64,000 nt of DNA from the human T2T-CHM13v2.0 reference genome, Homo sapiens, in the NCBI RefSeq assembly GCF_009914755.1, contig NC_060942.1; one strand, 5' to 3'. How positions within the stretch are numbered: position 1 is the first letter of the stretch; the number at the start of each line of letters is the position of its first letter. The translations under genes were made by a program, and so were the position numbers. The notes below the pieces were generated by a model. The model saw only the letters and a list, made by a program, of their open reading frames with translations. It searched no databases and was not told the origin of the DNA. Positions 27,002 to 41,500 of the stretch are shown here, piece after piece.

Positions 27002-28351
27002 CATTCTCAGAAACTAGTTTCTGATGTGTGTCCTCAACTAACACAGTTGAACATTTCTTTAGACAGAACAGTTTTGAAACACTCTTTTTGTGGAATCTGC
27101 AAGTGGCTATTTGGCTAGATTTGAGGATTTCGTTGGAAACGGGATTACATATAAAAAGCAGACAGCAGCATTCTCAGAAAGTTCTTTGTGATGATTGCAT
27201 TCAAGTCACAGAATTGAACATTCCCTTTCACAGAGCAGGTTTGAAACACTCTTTTTGTAGTGTGTGTAAGTGGACATTTGGAGCACTTTCCGGCCTAAGG
27301 TGAAAAAGGAAATATCTTCCCATAAAAACTAGACAGAAGCACTCTCAGAAACTTACTCGTGATGTGTGTCCTCAACTAAAGGAGTAGAACCTTTCTTTTC
27401 ATAGAGAAGTTTTGAAACGCTCTTTTTGTGGAATCTGCAAGTGGATATTTGGCTAGTTTGGAGGATTTCGTTGGAAGCGGGAATTCATACAAATTGCAGA
27501 CTGCAGCGTTCTGAGAAACATCTTTGTGATGTTTGTATTCAGGACACAGAGTTGAACATTCCCTATCATAGAGCAGGTTTGAATCACTCCTTTTGTAGTA
27601 TCTGGAAGTGGACATTTGGAGCGCTTTCAGGCCTATGTTGGAAAAGGAAATATCTTCCCATAACAACTAGACAGAAGCATTCTCAGAAACTTATTTGAGA
27701 TGTGTGTACTCAACTAAGAGAATTGAACCACCGTTTTGAAGGAGCAGTTTTGAAACACTCTTTTTCTGGAATCTGCAAGTGGATATTTGGCTAGCTTTGG
27801 GGATTTCGCTGGAAGCGGGAATACATATAAAAAGCACACAGCAGCGTTCTGAGAAACTGCTTTCTGATGTTTGCATTCAAGTCAAAAGTTGAACACTCCC
27901 TTTCATAGTGCAGTCTGAAACACTCCTTTTGTAGTATCTGGAACTGGACTTTTGGAGCGCTTTCAGGGCTAAGGTGAAAAAGGAAATATCTTCCCATAAA
28001 AACTGGACAGAAGCATTCTCAGAAACTTGTTTATGCTGTATCTACTCAACTAACAAAGTTGAACCTTTCTTTTGATAGAGCAGTTTTGAAATGCTCTTTT
28101 TGTGGAATCTGCAAGTGGATATTTGGCTAGTTTTGAGGATTTCGTTGGAAGCGGGAATTCATACAAATTGCAGACTGCAGCGTTCTGAGAAACATCTTTG
28201 TGATGTTTGTATTCAGGACAGAGAGTTGAACATTCCCTATCATAGAGCAGGTTGGAATCACTCCTTTTGTAGTATCTGGAAGTGGACATTTGGAGCGCTT
28301 TCAGGCCTATGTTGAAAAAGGAAATATCTTCCCATAACAACTAGACAGAAG
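27002..28351 (+). repeat. 8-mer HOR variant (m1-m8; m9-m12 absent), 1350 bp
   Basis: m8 (gcctatgttgaaaaagg) is followed directly by the m1 start (cattctcagaaactagtttc) at 28352. Marker ORF spacing 27028 to 28378 = 1350. Confidence 0.92.
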
Positions 28352-29026
28352 CATTCTCAGAAACTAGTTTCTGATGTGTGTCCTCAACTAACACAGTTGA
28401 ACATTTCTTTAGACAGAACAGTTTTGAAACTCTCTTTTTGTGGAATCTGCAAGTGGCTATTTGGCTAGATTTGAGGATTTCGTTGGAAACGGGATTACAT
28501 ATAAAAAGCAGACAGCAGCATTCTCAGAAAGTTCTTTGTGATGATTGCATTCAAGTCACAGAATTGAACATTCCCTTTCACAGAGCAGGTTTGAAACACT
28601 CTTTTTGTAGTGTGTGTAAGTGGACATTTGGAGCACTTTCCGGCCTAAGGTGAGAAAGGAAATATCTTCCCATAAAAACTAGACAGAAGCATTCTCAGAA
28701 ACTTACTCGTGATGTGTGTCCTCAACTAAAGGAGTAGAACCTTTCTTTCATAGAGAAGTTTTGAAACGCTCTTTTTGTGGAATCTGCAAGTGGATATTTG
28801 GCTAGTTTGGAGGATTTCGTTGGAAGCGGGAATTCATACAAATTGCAGACTGCAGCGTTCTGAGAAACATCTTTGTGATGTTTGTATTCAGGACACAGAG
28901 TTGAACATTCCCTATCATAGAGCAGGTTGGAATCACTCCTTTTGTAGTATCTGGAAGTGGACATTTGGAGCGCTTTCAGGCCTACGTTGGAAAAGGAAAT
29001 ATCTTCCCATAACAACTAGACAGAAG
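28352..29026 (+). repeat. 4-mer HOR variant (m1-m3 + hybrid m4/m12), 675 bp, copy 1
   Basis: Marker spacing 28378 to 29053 = 675. m4 ends with the m12-type ggcctacgttgg. Confidence 0.92.
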
Positions 29027-32000
29027 CATTCTCAGAAACTAGTTTCTGATGTGTGTCCTCAACTAACACAGTTGAACATTTCTTTAGACAGAACAGTTTT
29101 GAAACACTCTTTTTGTGGAATCTGCAAGTGGCTATTTGGCTAGATTTGAGGATTTCGTTGGAAACGGGATTACATATAAAAAGCAGACAGCAGCATTCTC
29201 AGAAAGTTCTTTGTGATGATTGCATTCAAGTCACAGAATTGAACATTCCCTTTCACAGAGCAGGTTTGAAACACTCTTTTTGTAGTGTGTGTAAGTGGAC
29301 ATTTGGAGCACTTTCCGGCCTAAGGTGAAAAAGGAAATATCTTCCCATAAAAACTAGACAGAAGCACTCTCAGAAACTTACTCGTGATGTGTGTCCTCAA
29401 CTAAAGGAGTAGAACCTTTCTTTTCATAGAGAAGTTTTGAAACGCTCTTTTTGTGGAATCTGCAAGTGGATATTTGGCTAGTTTGGAGGATTTCGTTGGA
29501 AGCGGGAATTCATACAAATTGCAGACTGCAGCGTTCTGAGAAACATCTTTGTGATGTTTGTATTCAGGACACAGAGTTGAACATTCCCTATCATAGAGCA
29601 GGTTTGAATCACTCCTTTTGTAGTATCTGGAAGTGGACATTTGGAGCGCTTTCAGGCCTATGTTGGAAAAGGAAATATCTTCCCATAACAACTAGACAGA
29701 AGCATTCTCAGAAACTTATTTGAGATGTGTGTACTCAACTAAGAGAATTGAACCACCGTTTTGAAGGAGCAGTTTTGAAACACTCTTTTTCTGGAATCTG
29801 CAAGTGGATATTTGGCTAGCTTTGGGGATTTCGCTGGAGGCGGGAATACATATAAAAAGCACACAGCAGCGTTCTGAGAAACTGTTTTCTGATGTTTGCA
29901 TTCAAGTCAAAAGTTGAACACTCCCTTTCATAGAGCAGTCCTGAAACACTCCTTTTGTAGTATCTGGAACTGGACTTTTGGAGCGCTTTCAGGGCTAAGG
30001 TGAAAAAGGAAATATCTTCCCATAAAAACTGGACAGAAGCATTCTCAGAAACTTTTTTATGCTGTATCTACTCAACTAACAAAGTTGAACCTTTCTTTTG
30101 ATAGAGCAGTTTTGAAATGCTCTTTTTGTGGAATCTGCAAGTGGATATTTGGCTAGTTTTGAGGATTTCGTTGGAAGCGGGAATTCATACAAATTGCAGA
30201 CTGCAGCGTTCTGAGAAACATCTTTGTGATGTTTGTATTCAGGACAGAGAGTTGAACATTCCCTATCATAGAGCAGGTTGGAATCACTCCTTTTGTAGTA
30301 TCTGGAAGTGGACATTTGGAGCGCTTTCTGGCCTATGTTGAAAAAGGAAATATCTTCCCATAACAACTAGACACAAGCATTCTCAGAAACTTGTTTGTGA
30401 TGTGTGCCCTCTACTGACAGAGTTGAACCTTTCTTTTCATAGAGCAGTTTTGAAACACTCTTTTTGTAGAATCTGCAAGAGGATATTTGCATAGCTTTGA
30501 GGATTTCGTGGGAAACGGGATTGTCTTCAGGTAAAATCTAGACAGAAGCATTCTCAGAAACTTCTTTGGGATGTTTGCATTCAAGTCACAGAGTAGAACA
30601 TTCCCTTTGGTAGAGCAGGTTTGAAACACTCTTTTTGTAGTATCTGGAAGTGGACATTTGGAGCGCTTTCAGGCCTATGTTGGAAAGGGAAATATCTTCC
30701 GGTAACAACTAGGCAGAAGCATTCTCAGAAACTTATTTGAGATGTGTGTACTCAACTAAGAGAATTGAACCACCGTTTTGAAGGAGCAGTTTTGAAACAC
30801 TCTTTTTCTGGAATCTGCAAGAGGATATTTGCCTAGCCTTGAGGATTTCGTTGGAAACGGGATTGTCTTCAGATCAAATCTAGACAGAAGCATTCTCAGA
30901 AACTTCTTTGGGATGTTTGCATTCAAGTCACAGAGTAGAACATTCCCTTTGGTAGAGCAGGTTTGAAACACTCTTTTTTTAGTATATGGAAGTGGACATT
31001 TGGAGCGCTTTCAGGCCTACGTTGGAAAAGGAAATATCTTCCCATAACAACTAGACAGAAGCATTCTCAGAAACTAGTTTCTGATGTGTGTCCTCAACTA
31101 ACACAGTTGAACATTTCTTTAGACAGAACAGTTTTGAAACACTCTTTTTGTGGAATCTGCAAGTGGCTATTTGGCTAGATTTGAGGATTTCGTTGGAAAC
31201 GGGATTACATATAAAAAGCAGACAGCAGCATTCTCAGAAAGTTCTTTGTGATGATTGCATTCAAGTCACAGAATTGAACATTCCCTTTCACAGAGCAGGT
31301 TTGAAACACTCTTTTTGTAGTGTGTGTAAGTGGACATTTGGAGCACTTTCCGGCCTAAGGTGAAAAAGGAAATATCTTCCCATAAAAACTAGACAGAAGC
31401 ACTCTCAGAAACTTACTCGTGATGTGTGTCCTCAACTAAAGGAGTAGAACCTTTCTTTTCATAGAGAAGTTTTGAAACGCTCTTTTTGTGGAATCTGCAA
31501 GTGGATATTTGGCTAGTTTGGAGGATTTCGTTGGAAGCGGGAATTCATACAAATTGCAGACTGCAGCGTTCTGAGAAACATCTTTGTGATGTTTGTATTC
31601 AGGACACAGAGTTGAACATTCCCTATCATAGAGCAGGTTTGAATCACTCCTTTTGTAGTATCTGGAAGTGGACATTTGGAGTGCTTTCAGGCCTATGTTG
31701 GAAAAGGAAATATCTTCCCATAACAACTAGACAGAAGCATTCTCAGAAACTTATTTGAGATGTGTGTACTCAACTAAGAGAATTGAACCACCGTTTTGAA
31801 GGAGCAGTTTTGAAACACTCTTTTTCTGGAATCTGCAAGTGGATATTTGGCTAGCTTTGGGGATTTCGCTGGAGGCGGGAATACATATAAAAAGCACACA
31901 GCAGCGTTCTGAGAAACTGCTTTCTGATGTTTGCATTCAAGTCAAAAGTTGAACACTCCCTTTCATAGAGCAGTCTGAAACACTCCTTTTGTAGTATCTG

Positions 32001-33095
32001 GAACTGGACTTTTGGAGCGCTTTCAGGGCTAAGGTGAAAAAGGAAATATCTTCCCATAAAAACTGGACAGAAGCATTCTCAGAAACTTGTTTATGCTGTA
32101 TCTACTCAACTAACAAAGTTGAACCTTTCTTTTGATAGAGCAGTTTTGAAATGCTCTTTTTGTGGAATCTGCAAGTGGATATTTGGCTAGTTTTGAGGAT
32201 TTCGTTGGAAGCGGGAATTCATACAAATTGCAGACTGCAGCGTTCTGAGAAACATCTTTGTGATGTTTGTATTCAGGACAGAGAGTTGAACATTCCCTAT
32301 CATAGAGCAGGTTGGAATCACTCCTTTTGTAGTATCTGGAAGTGGACATTTGGAGCGCTTTCAGGCCTATGTTGAAAAAGGAAATATCTTCCCAAAACAA
32401 CTAGACACAAGCATTCTCAGAAACTTGTTTGTGATGTGTGCCCTCTACTGACAGAGTTGAACCTTTCTTTTCATAGAGCAGTTTTGAAACACTCTTTTTG
32501 TAGAATCTGCAAGAGGATATTTGCATAGCTTTGAGGATTTCGTGGGAAACGGGATTGTCTTCAGGTAAAATCTAGACAGAAGCATTCTCAGAAACTTCTT
32601 TGGGATGTTTGCATTCAAGTCACAGAGTAGAACATTCCCTTTGGTAGAGCAGGTTTGAAACACTCTTTTTGTAGTATCTGGAAGTGGACATTTGGAGCGC
32701 TTTCAGGCCTATGTTGGAAAGGGAAATATCTTCCCGTAACAACTAGGCAGAAGCATTCTCAGAAACTTATTTGAGATGTGTGTACTCAACTAAGAGAATT
32801 GAACCACCGTTTTGAAGGAGCAGTTTTGAAACACTCTTTTTCTGGAATCTGCAAGAGGATATTTGCCTAGCCTTGAGGATTTCGTTGGAAACGGGATTGT
32901 CTTCAGATCAAATCTAGACAGAAGCATTCTCAGAAACTTCTTTGGGATGTTTGCATTCAAGTCACAGAGTAGAACATTCCCTTTGGTAGAGCAGGTGTGA
33001 AACACTCTTTTTTTAGTATATGGAAGTGGACATTTGGAGCGCTTTCAGGCCTACGTTGGAAAAGGAAATATCTTCCCATAACAACTAGACAGAAG

Positions 33096-33770
33096 CATTC
33101 TCAGAAACTAGTTTCTGATGTGTGTCCTCAACTAACACAGTTGAACATTTCTTTAGACAGAACAGTTTTGAAACTCTCTTTTTGTGGAATCTGCAAGTGG
33201 CTATTTGGCTAGATTTGAGGATTTCGTTGGAAACGGGATTACATATAAAAAGCAGACAGCAGCATTCTCAGAAAGTTCTTTGTGATGATTGCATTCAAGT
33301 CACAGAATTGAACATTCCCTTTCACAGAGCAGGTTTGAAACACTCTTTTTGTAGTGTGTGTAAGTGGACATTTGGAGCACTTTCCGGCCTAAGGTGAGAA
33401 AGGAAATATCTTCCCATAAAAACTAGACAGAAGCATTCTCAGAAACTTACTCGTGATGTGTGTCCTCAACTAAAGGAGTAGAACCTTTCTTTCATAGAGA
33501 AGTTTTGAAACGCTCTTTTTGTGGAATCTGCAAGTGGATATTTGGCTAGTTTGGAGGATTTCGTTGGAAGCGGGAATTCATACAAATTGCAGACTGCAGC
33601 GTTCTGAGAAACATCTTTGTGATGTTTGTATTCAGGACACAGAGTTGAACATTCCCTATCATAGAGCAGGTTGGAATCACTCCTTTTGTAGTATCTGGAA
33701 GTGGACATTTGGAGCGCTTTCAGGCCTACGTTGGAAAAGGAAATATCTTCCCATAACAACTAGACAGAAG
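33096..33770 (+). repeat. 4-mer HOR variant, copy 2
   Basis: Marker spacing 33122 to 33797 = 675; same junction and SNVs as copy 1. Confidence 0.92.
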
Positions 33771-36700
33771 CATTCTCAGAAACTAGTTTCTGATGTGTGT
33801 CCTCAACTAACACAGTTGAACATTTCTTTAGACAGAACAGTTTTGAAACACTCTTTTTGTGGAATCTGCAAGTGGCTATTTGGCTAGATTTGAGGATTTC
33901 GTTGGAAACGGGATTACATATAAAAAGCAGACAGCAGCATTCTCAGAAAGTTCTTTGTGATGATTGCATTCAAGTCACAGAATTGAACATTCCCTTTCAC
34001 AGAGCAGGTTTGAAACACTCTTTTTGTAGTGTGTGTAAGTGGACATTTGGAGCACTTTCCGGCCTAAGGTGAAAAAGGAAATATCTTCCCATAAAAACTA
34101 GACAGAAGCACTCTCAGAAACTTACTCGTGATGTGTGTCCTCAACTAAAGGAGTAGAACCTTTCTTTTCATAGAGAAGTTTTGAAACGCTCTTTTTGTGG
34201 AATCTGCAAGTGGATATTTGGCTAGTTTGGAGGATTTCGTTGGAAGCGGGAATTCATACAAATTGCAGACTGCAGCGTTCTGAGAAACATCTTTGTGATG
34301 TTTGTATTCAGGACACAGAGTTGAACATTCCCTATCATAGAGCAGGTTTGAATCACTCCTTTTGTAGTATCTGGAAGTGGACATTTGGAGCGCTTTCAGG
34401 CCTATGTTGGAAAAGGAAATATCTTCCCATAACAACTAGACAGAAGCATTCTCAGAAACTTATTTGAGATGTGTGTACTCAACTAAGAGAATTGAACCAC
34501 CGTTTTGAAGGAGCAGTTTTGAAACACTCTTTTTCTGGAATCTGCAAGTGGATATTTGGCTAGCTTTGGGGATTTCGCTGGAGGCGGGAATACATATAAA
34601 AAGCACACAGCAGCGTTCTGAGAAACTGCTTTCTGATGTTTGCATTCAAGTCAAAAGTTGAACACTCCCTTTCATAGAGCAGTCCTGAAACACTCCTTTT
34701 GTAGTATCTGGAACTGGACTTTTGGAGCGCTTTCAGGGCTAAGGTGAAAAAGGAAATATCTTCCCATAAAAACTGGACAGAAGCATTCTCAGAAACTTTT
34801 TTATGCTGTATCTACTCAACTAACAAAGTTGAACCTTTCTTTTGATAGAGCAGTTTTGAAATGCTCTTTTTGTGGAATCTGCAAGTGGATATTTGGCTAG
34901 TTTTGAGGATTTCGTTGGAAGCGGGAATTCATACAAATTGCAGACTGCAGCGTTCTGAGAAACATCTTTGTGATGTTTGTATTCAGGACAGAGAGTTGAA
35001 CATTCCCTATCATAGAGCAGGTTGGAATCACTCCTTTTGTAGTATCTGGAAGTGGACATTTGGAGCGCTTTCTGGCCTATGTTGAAAAAGGAAATATCTT
35101 CCCATAACAACTAGACACAAGCATTCTCAGAAACTTGTTTGTGATGTGTGCCCTCTACTGACAGAGTTGAACCTTTCTTTTCATAGAGCAGTTTTGAAAC
35201 ACTCTTTTTGTAGAATCTGCAAGAGGATATTTGCATAGCTTTGAGGATTTCGTGGGAAACGGGATTGTCTTCAGGTAAAATCTAGACAGAAGCATTCTCA
35301 GAAACTTCTTTGGGATGTTTGCATTCAAGTCACAGAGTAGAACATTCCCTTTGGTAGAGCAGGTTTGAAACACTCTTTTTGTAGTATCTGGAAGTGGACA
35401 TTTGGAGCGCTTTCAGGCCTATGTTGGAAAGGGAAATATCTTCCGGTAACAACTAGGCAGAAGCATTCTCAGAAACTTATTTGAGATGTGTGTACTCAAC
35501 TAAGAGAATTGAACCACCGTTTTGAAGGAGCAGTTTTGAAACACTCTTTTTCTGGAATCTGCAAGAGGATATTTGCCTAGCTTTGAGGATTTCGTTGGAA
35601 ACGGGATTGTGTTCAGATCAAATCTAGACAGAAGCATTCTCAGAAACTTCTTTGGGATGTTTGCATTCAAGTCACAGAGTAGAACATTCCCTTTGGTAGA
35701 GCAGGTGTGAAACACTCTTTTTTTAGTATATGGAAGTGGACATTTGGAGCGCTTTCAGGCCTACGTTGGAAAAGGAAATATCTTCCCATAACAACTAGAC
35801 AGAAGCATTCTCAGAAACTAGTTTCTGATGTGTGTCCTCAACTAACACAGTTGAACATTTCTTTAGACAGAACAGTTTTGAAACTCTCTTTTTGTGGAAT
35901 CTGCAAGTGGCTATTTGGCTAGATTTGAGGATTTCGTTGGAAACGGGATTACATATAAAAAGCAGACAGCAGCATTCTCAGAAAGTTCTTTGTGATGATT
36001 GCATTCAAGTCACAGAATTGAACATTCCCTTTCACAGAGCAGGTTTGAAACACTCTTTTTGTAGTGTGTGTAAGTGGACATTTGGAGCACTTTCCGGCCT
36101 AAGGTGAGAAAGGAAATATCTTCCCATAAAAACTAGACAGAAGCATTCTCAGAAACTTACTCGTGATGTGTGTCCTCAACTAAAGGAGTAGAACCTTTCT
36201 TTCATAGAGAAGTTTTGAAACGCTCTTTTTGTGGAATCTGCAAGTGGATATTTGGCTAGTTTGGAGGATTTCGTTGGAAGCGGGAATTCATACAAATTGC
36301 AGACTGCAGCGTTCTGAGAAACATCTTTGTGATGTTTGTATTCAGGACACAGAGTTGAACATTCCCTATCATAGAGCAGGTTTGAATCACTCCTTTTGTA
36401 GTATCTGGAAGTGGACCTTTGGAGCGCTTTCAGGCCTATGTTGGAAAAGGAAATATCTTCCCATAACAACTAGACAGAAGCATTCTCAGAAACTTATTTG
36501 AGATGTGTGTACTCAACTAAGAGAATTGAACCACCGTTTTGAAGGAGCAGTTTTGAAACACTCTTTTTCTGGAATCTGCAAGTGGATATTTGGCTAGCTT
36601 TGGGGATTTCGCTGGATGCGGGAATACATATAAAAAGCACACAGCAGCGTTCTGAGAAACTGCTTTCTGATGTTTGCATTCAAGTCAAAAGTTGAACACT

Positions 36701-37839
36701 CCCTTTCATAGAGCAGTCCTGAAACACTCCTTTTGTAGTATCTGGAACTGGACTTTTGGAGCGCTTTCAGGGCTAAGGTGAAAAAGGAAATATCTTCCCA
36801 TAAAAACTGGACAGAAGCATTCTCAGAAACTTTTTTATGCTGTATCTACTCAACTAACAAAGTTGAACCTTTCTTTTGATAGAGCAGTTTTGAAATGCTC
36901 TTTTTGTGGAATCTGCAAGTGGATATTTGGCTAGTTTTGAGGATTTCGTTGGAAGCGGGAATTCATACAAATTGCAGACTGCAGCGTTCTGAGAAACATC
37001 TTTGTGATGTTTGTATTCAGGACAGAGAGTTGAACATTCCCTATCATAGAGCAGGTTGGAATCACTCCTTTTGTAGTATCTGGAAGTGGACATTTGGAGC
37101 GCTTTCTGGCCTATGTTGAAAAAGGAAATATCTTCCCATAACAACTAGACACAAGCATTCTCAGAAACTTGTTTGTGATGTGTGCCCTCTACTGACAGAG
37201 TTGAACCTTTCTTTTCATAGAGCAGTTTTGAAACACTCTTTTTGTAGAATCTGCAAGAGGATATTTGCATAGCTTTGAGGATTTCGTGGGAAACGGGATT
37301 GTCTTCAGGTAAAATCTAGACAGAAGCATTCTCAGAAACTTCTTTGGGATATTTGCATTCAAGTCACAGAGTAGAACATTCCCTTTGGTAGAGCAGGTTT
37401 GAAACACTCTTTTTGTAGTATCTGGAAGTGGACATTTGGAGCGCTTTCAGGCCTATGTTGGAAAGGGAAATATCTTCCGGTAACAACTAGGCAGAAGCAT
37501 TCTCAGAAACTTATTTGAGATGTGTGTACTCAACTAAGAGAATTGAACCACCGTTTTGAAGGAGCAGTTTTGAAACACTCTTTTTCTGGAATCTGCAAGA
37601 GGATATTTGCCTAGCTTTGAGGATTTCGTTGGAAACGGGATTGTGTTCAGATCAAATCTAGACAGAAGCATTCTCAGAAACTTCTTTGGGATGTTTGCAT
37701 TCAAGTCACAGAGTAGAACATTCCCTTTGGTAGAGCAGGTGTGAAACACTCTTTTTTTAGTATATGGAAGTGGACATTTGGAGCGCTTTCAGGCCTACGT
37801 TGGAAAAGGAAATATCTTCCCATAACAACTAGACAGAAG

Positions 37840-38514
37840 CATTCTCAGAAACTAGTTTCTGATGTGTGTCCTCAACTAACACAGTTGAACATTTCTTTAG
37901 ACAGAACAGTTTTGAAACTCTCTTTTTGTGGAATCTGCAAGTGGCTATTTGGCTAGATTTGAGGATTTCGTTGGAAACGGGATTACATATAAAAAGCAGA
38001 CAGCAGCATTCTCAGAAAGTTCTTTGTGATGATTGCATTCAAGTCACAGAATTGAACATTCCCTTTCACAGAGCAGGTTTGAAACACTCTTTTTGTAGTG
38101 TGTGTAAGTGGACATTTGGAGCACTTTCCGGCCTAAGGTGAGAAAGGAAATATCTTCCCATAAAAACTAGACAGAAGCATTCTCAGAAACTTACTCGTGA
38201 TGTGTGTCCTCAACTAAAGGAGTAGAACCTTTCTTTCATAGAGAAGTTTTGAAACGCTCTTTTTGTGGAATCTGCAAGTGGATATTTGGCTAGTTTGGAG
38301 GATTTCGTTGGAAGCGGGAATTCATACAAATTGCAGACTGCAGCGTTCTGAGAAACATCTTTGTGATGTTTGTATTCAGGACACAGAGTTGAACATTCCC
38401 TATCATAGAGCAGGTTGGAATCACTCCTTTTGTAGTATCTGGAAGTGGACATTTGGAGCGCTTTCAGGCCTACGTTGGAAAAGGAAATATCTTCCCATAA
38501 CAACTAGACAGAAG
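37840..38514 (+). repeat. 4-mer HOR variant, copy 3
   Basis: Marker spacing 37866 to 38541 = 675; same junction. Confidence 0.92.
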
Positions 38515-41500
38515 CATTCTCAGAAACTAGTTTCTGATGTGTGTCCTCAACTAACACAGTTGAACATTTCTTTAGACAGAACAGTTTTGAAACACTCTTT
38601 TTGTGGAATCTGCAAGTGGCTATTTGGCTAGATTTGAGGATTTCGTTGGAAACGGGATTACATATAAAAAGCAGACAGCAGCATTCTCAGAAAGTTCTTT
38701 GTGATGATTGCATTCAAGTCACAGAATTGAACATTCCCTTTCACAGAGCAGGTTTGAAACACTCTTTTTGTAGTGTGTGTAAGTGGACATTTGGAGCACT
38801 TTCCGGCCTAAGGTGAAAAAGGAAATATCTTCCCATAAAAACTAGACAGAAGCACTCTCAGAAACTTACTCGTGATGTGTGTCCTCAACTAAAGGAGTAG
38901 AACCTTTCTTTTCATAGAGAAGTTTTGAAACGCTCTTTTTGTGGAATCTGCAAGTGGATATTTGGCTAGTTTGGAGGATTTCGTTGGAAGCGGGAATTCA
39001 TACAAATTGCAGACTGCAGCGTTCTGAGAAACATCTTTGTGATGTTTGTATTCAGGACACAGAGTTGAACATTCCCTATCATAGAGCAGGTTTGAATCAC
39101 TCCTTTTGTAGTATCTGGAAGTGGACATTTGGAGCGCTTTCAGGCCTATGTTGGAAAAGGAAATATCTTCCCATAACAACTAGACAGAAGCATTCTCAGA
39201 AACTTATTTGAGATGTGTGTACTCAACTAAGAGAATTGAACCACCGTTTTGAAGGAGCAGTTTTGAAACACTCTTTTTCTGGAATCTGCAAGTGGATATT
39301 TGGCTAGCTTTCGGGATTTCGCTGGAAGCGGGAATACATATAAAAAGCACACAGCAGCGTTCTGAGAAACTGCTTTCTGATGTTTGCATTCAAGTCAAAA
39401 GTTGAACACTCCCTTTCATAGTGCAGTCCTGAAACACTCCTTTTGTAGTATCTGGAACTGGACTTTTGGAGCGCTTTCAGGGCTAAGGTGAAAAAGGAAA
39501 TATCTTCCCATAAAAACTGGACAGAAGCATTCTCAGAAACTTGTTTATGATGTATCTACTCAACTAACAAAGTTGAACCTTTCTTTTGATAGAGCAGTTT
39601 TGAAATGCTCTTTTTGTGGAATCTGCAAGTGGATATTTGGCTAGTTTTGAGGATTTCGTTGGAAGCGGGAATTCATACAAATTGCAGACTGCAGCGTTCT
39701 GAGAAACATCTTTGTGATGTTTGTATTCAGGACAGAGAGTTGAACATTCCCTATCATAGAGCAGGTTGGAATCACTCCTTTTGTAGTATCTGGAAGTGGA
39801 CATTTGGAGCGCTTTCAGGCCTATGTTGAAAAAGGAGATATCTTCCCATAACAACTAGACACAAGCATTCTCAGAAACTTGTTTGTGATGTGTGCCCTCT
39901 ACTGACAGAGTTGAACCTTTCTTTTCATAGAGCAGTTTTGAAACACTCTTTTTGTAGAATCTGCAAGAGGATATTTGCATAGCTTTGAGGATTTCGTGGG
40001 AAACGGGATTGTCTTCAGGTAAAATCTAGACAGAAGCATTCTCAGAAACTTCTTTGGGATGTTTGCATTCAAGTCACAGAGTAGAACATTCCCTTTGGTA
40101 GAGCAGGTTTGAAACACTCTTTTTGTAGTATCTGGAAGTGGACATTTGGAGCGCTTTCAGGCCTATGTTGGAAAGGGAAATATCTTACCGTAACAACTAG
40201 GCAGAAGCATTCTCAGAAACTTATTTGAGATGTGTGTACTCAACTAAGAGAATTAAACCACCGTTTTGAAGGAGCAGTTTTGAAACACTCTTTTTCTGGA
40301 ATCTGCAAGAGGATATTTGCCTAGCCTTGAGGATTTCGTTGGAAACGGGATTGTCTTCAGATCAAATCTAGACAGAAGCATTCTCAGAAACTTCTTTGGG
40401 ATGTTTGCATTCAAGTCACAGAGTAGAACATTCCCTTTGGTAGAGCAGGTTTGAAACACTCTTTTTTTAGTATATGGAAGTGGACATTTGGAGCGCTTTC
40501 AGGCCTACGTTGGAAAAGGAAATATCTTCCCATAACAACTAGACAGAAGCATTCTCAGAAACTAGTTTCTGATGTGTGTCCTCAACTAACACAGTTGAAC
40601 ATTTCTTTAGACAGAACAGTTTTGAAACTCTCTTTTTGTGGAATCTGCAAGTGGCTATTTGGCTAGATTTGAGGATTTCGTTGGAAACGGGATTACATAT
40701 AAAAAGCAGACAGCAGCATTCTCAGAAAGTTCTTTGTGATGATTGCATTCAAGTCACAGAATTGAACATTCCCTTTCACAGAGCAGGTTTGAAACACTCT
40801 TTTTGTAGTGTGTGTAAGTGGACATTTGGAGCACTTTCCGGCCTAAGGTGAAAAAGGAAATATCTTCCCATAAAAACTAGACAGAAGCATTCTCAGAAAC
40901 TTACTCGTGATGTGTGTCCTCAACTAAAGGAGTAGAACCTTTCTTTTCATAGAGAAGTTTTGAAACGCTCTTTTTGTGGAATCTGCAAGTGGATATTTGG
41001 CTAGTTTGGAGGATTTCGTTGGAAGCGGGAATTCATACAAATTGCAGACTGCAGCGTTCTGAGAAACATCTTTGTGATGTTTGTATTCAGGACACAGAGT
41101 TGAACATTCCCTATCATAGAGCAGGTTGGAATCACTCCTTTTGTAGTATCTGGAAGTGGACATTTGGAGTGCTTTCAGGCCTATGTTGGAAAAGGAAATA
41201 TCTTCCCATAACAACTAGACAGAAGCATTCTCAGAAACTTATTTGAGATGTGTGTACTCAACTAAGAGAATTGAACCACCGTTTTGAAGGAGCAGTTTTG
41301 AAACACTCTTTTTCTGGAATCTGCAAGTGGATATTTGGCTAGCTTTGGGGATTTCGCTGGAAGCGGGAATACATATAAAAAGCACACAGCAGCGTTCTGA
41401 GAAACTGCTTTCTGATGTTTGCATTCAAGTCAAAAGTTGAACACTCCCTTTCATAGTGCAGTCCTGAAACACTCCTTTTGTAGTATCTGGAACTGGACTT

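Noticed and set aside
28775-29143. Longer 122-aa ORF found six times
   Set aside because: It is a read-through created by the m4/m12-m1 junction of the 4-mer variant, with no evidence of coding function.
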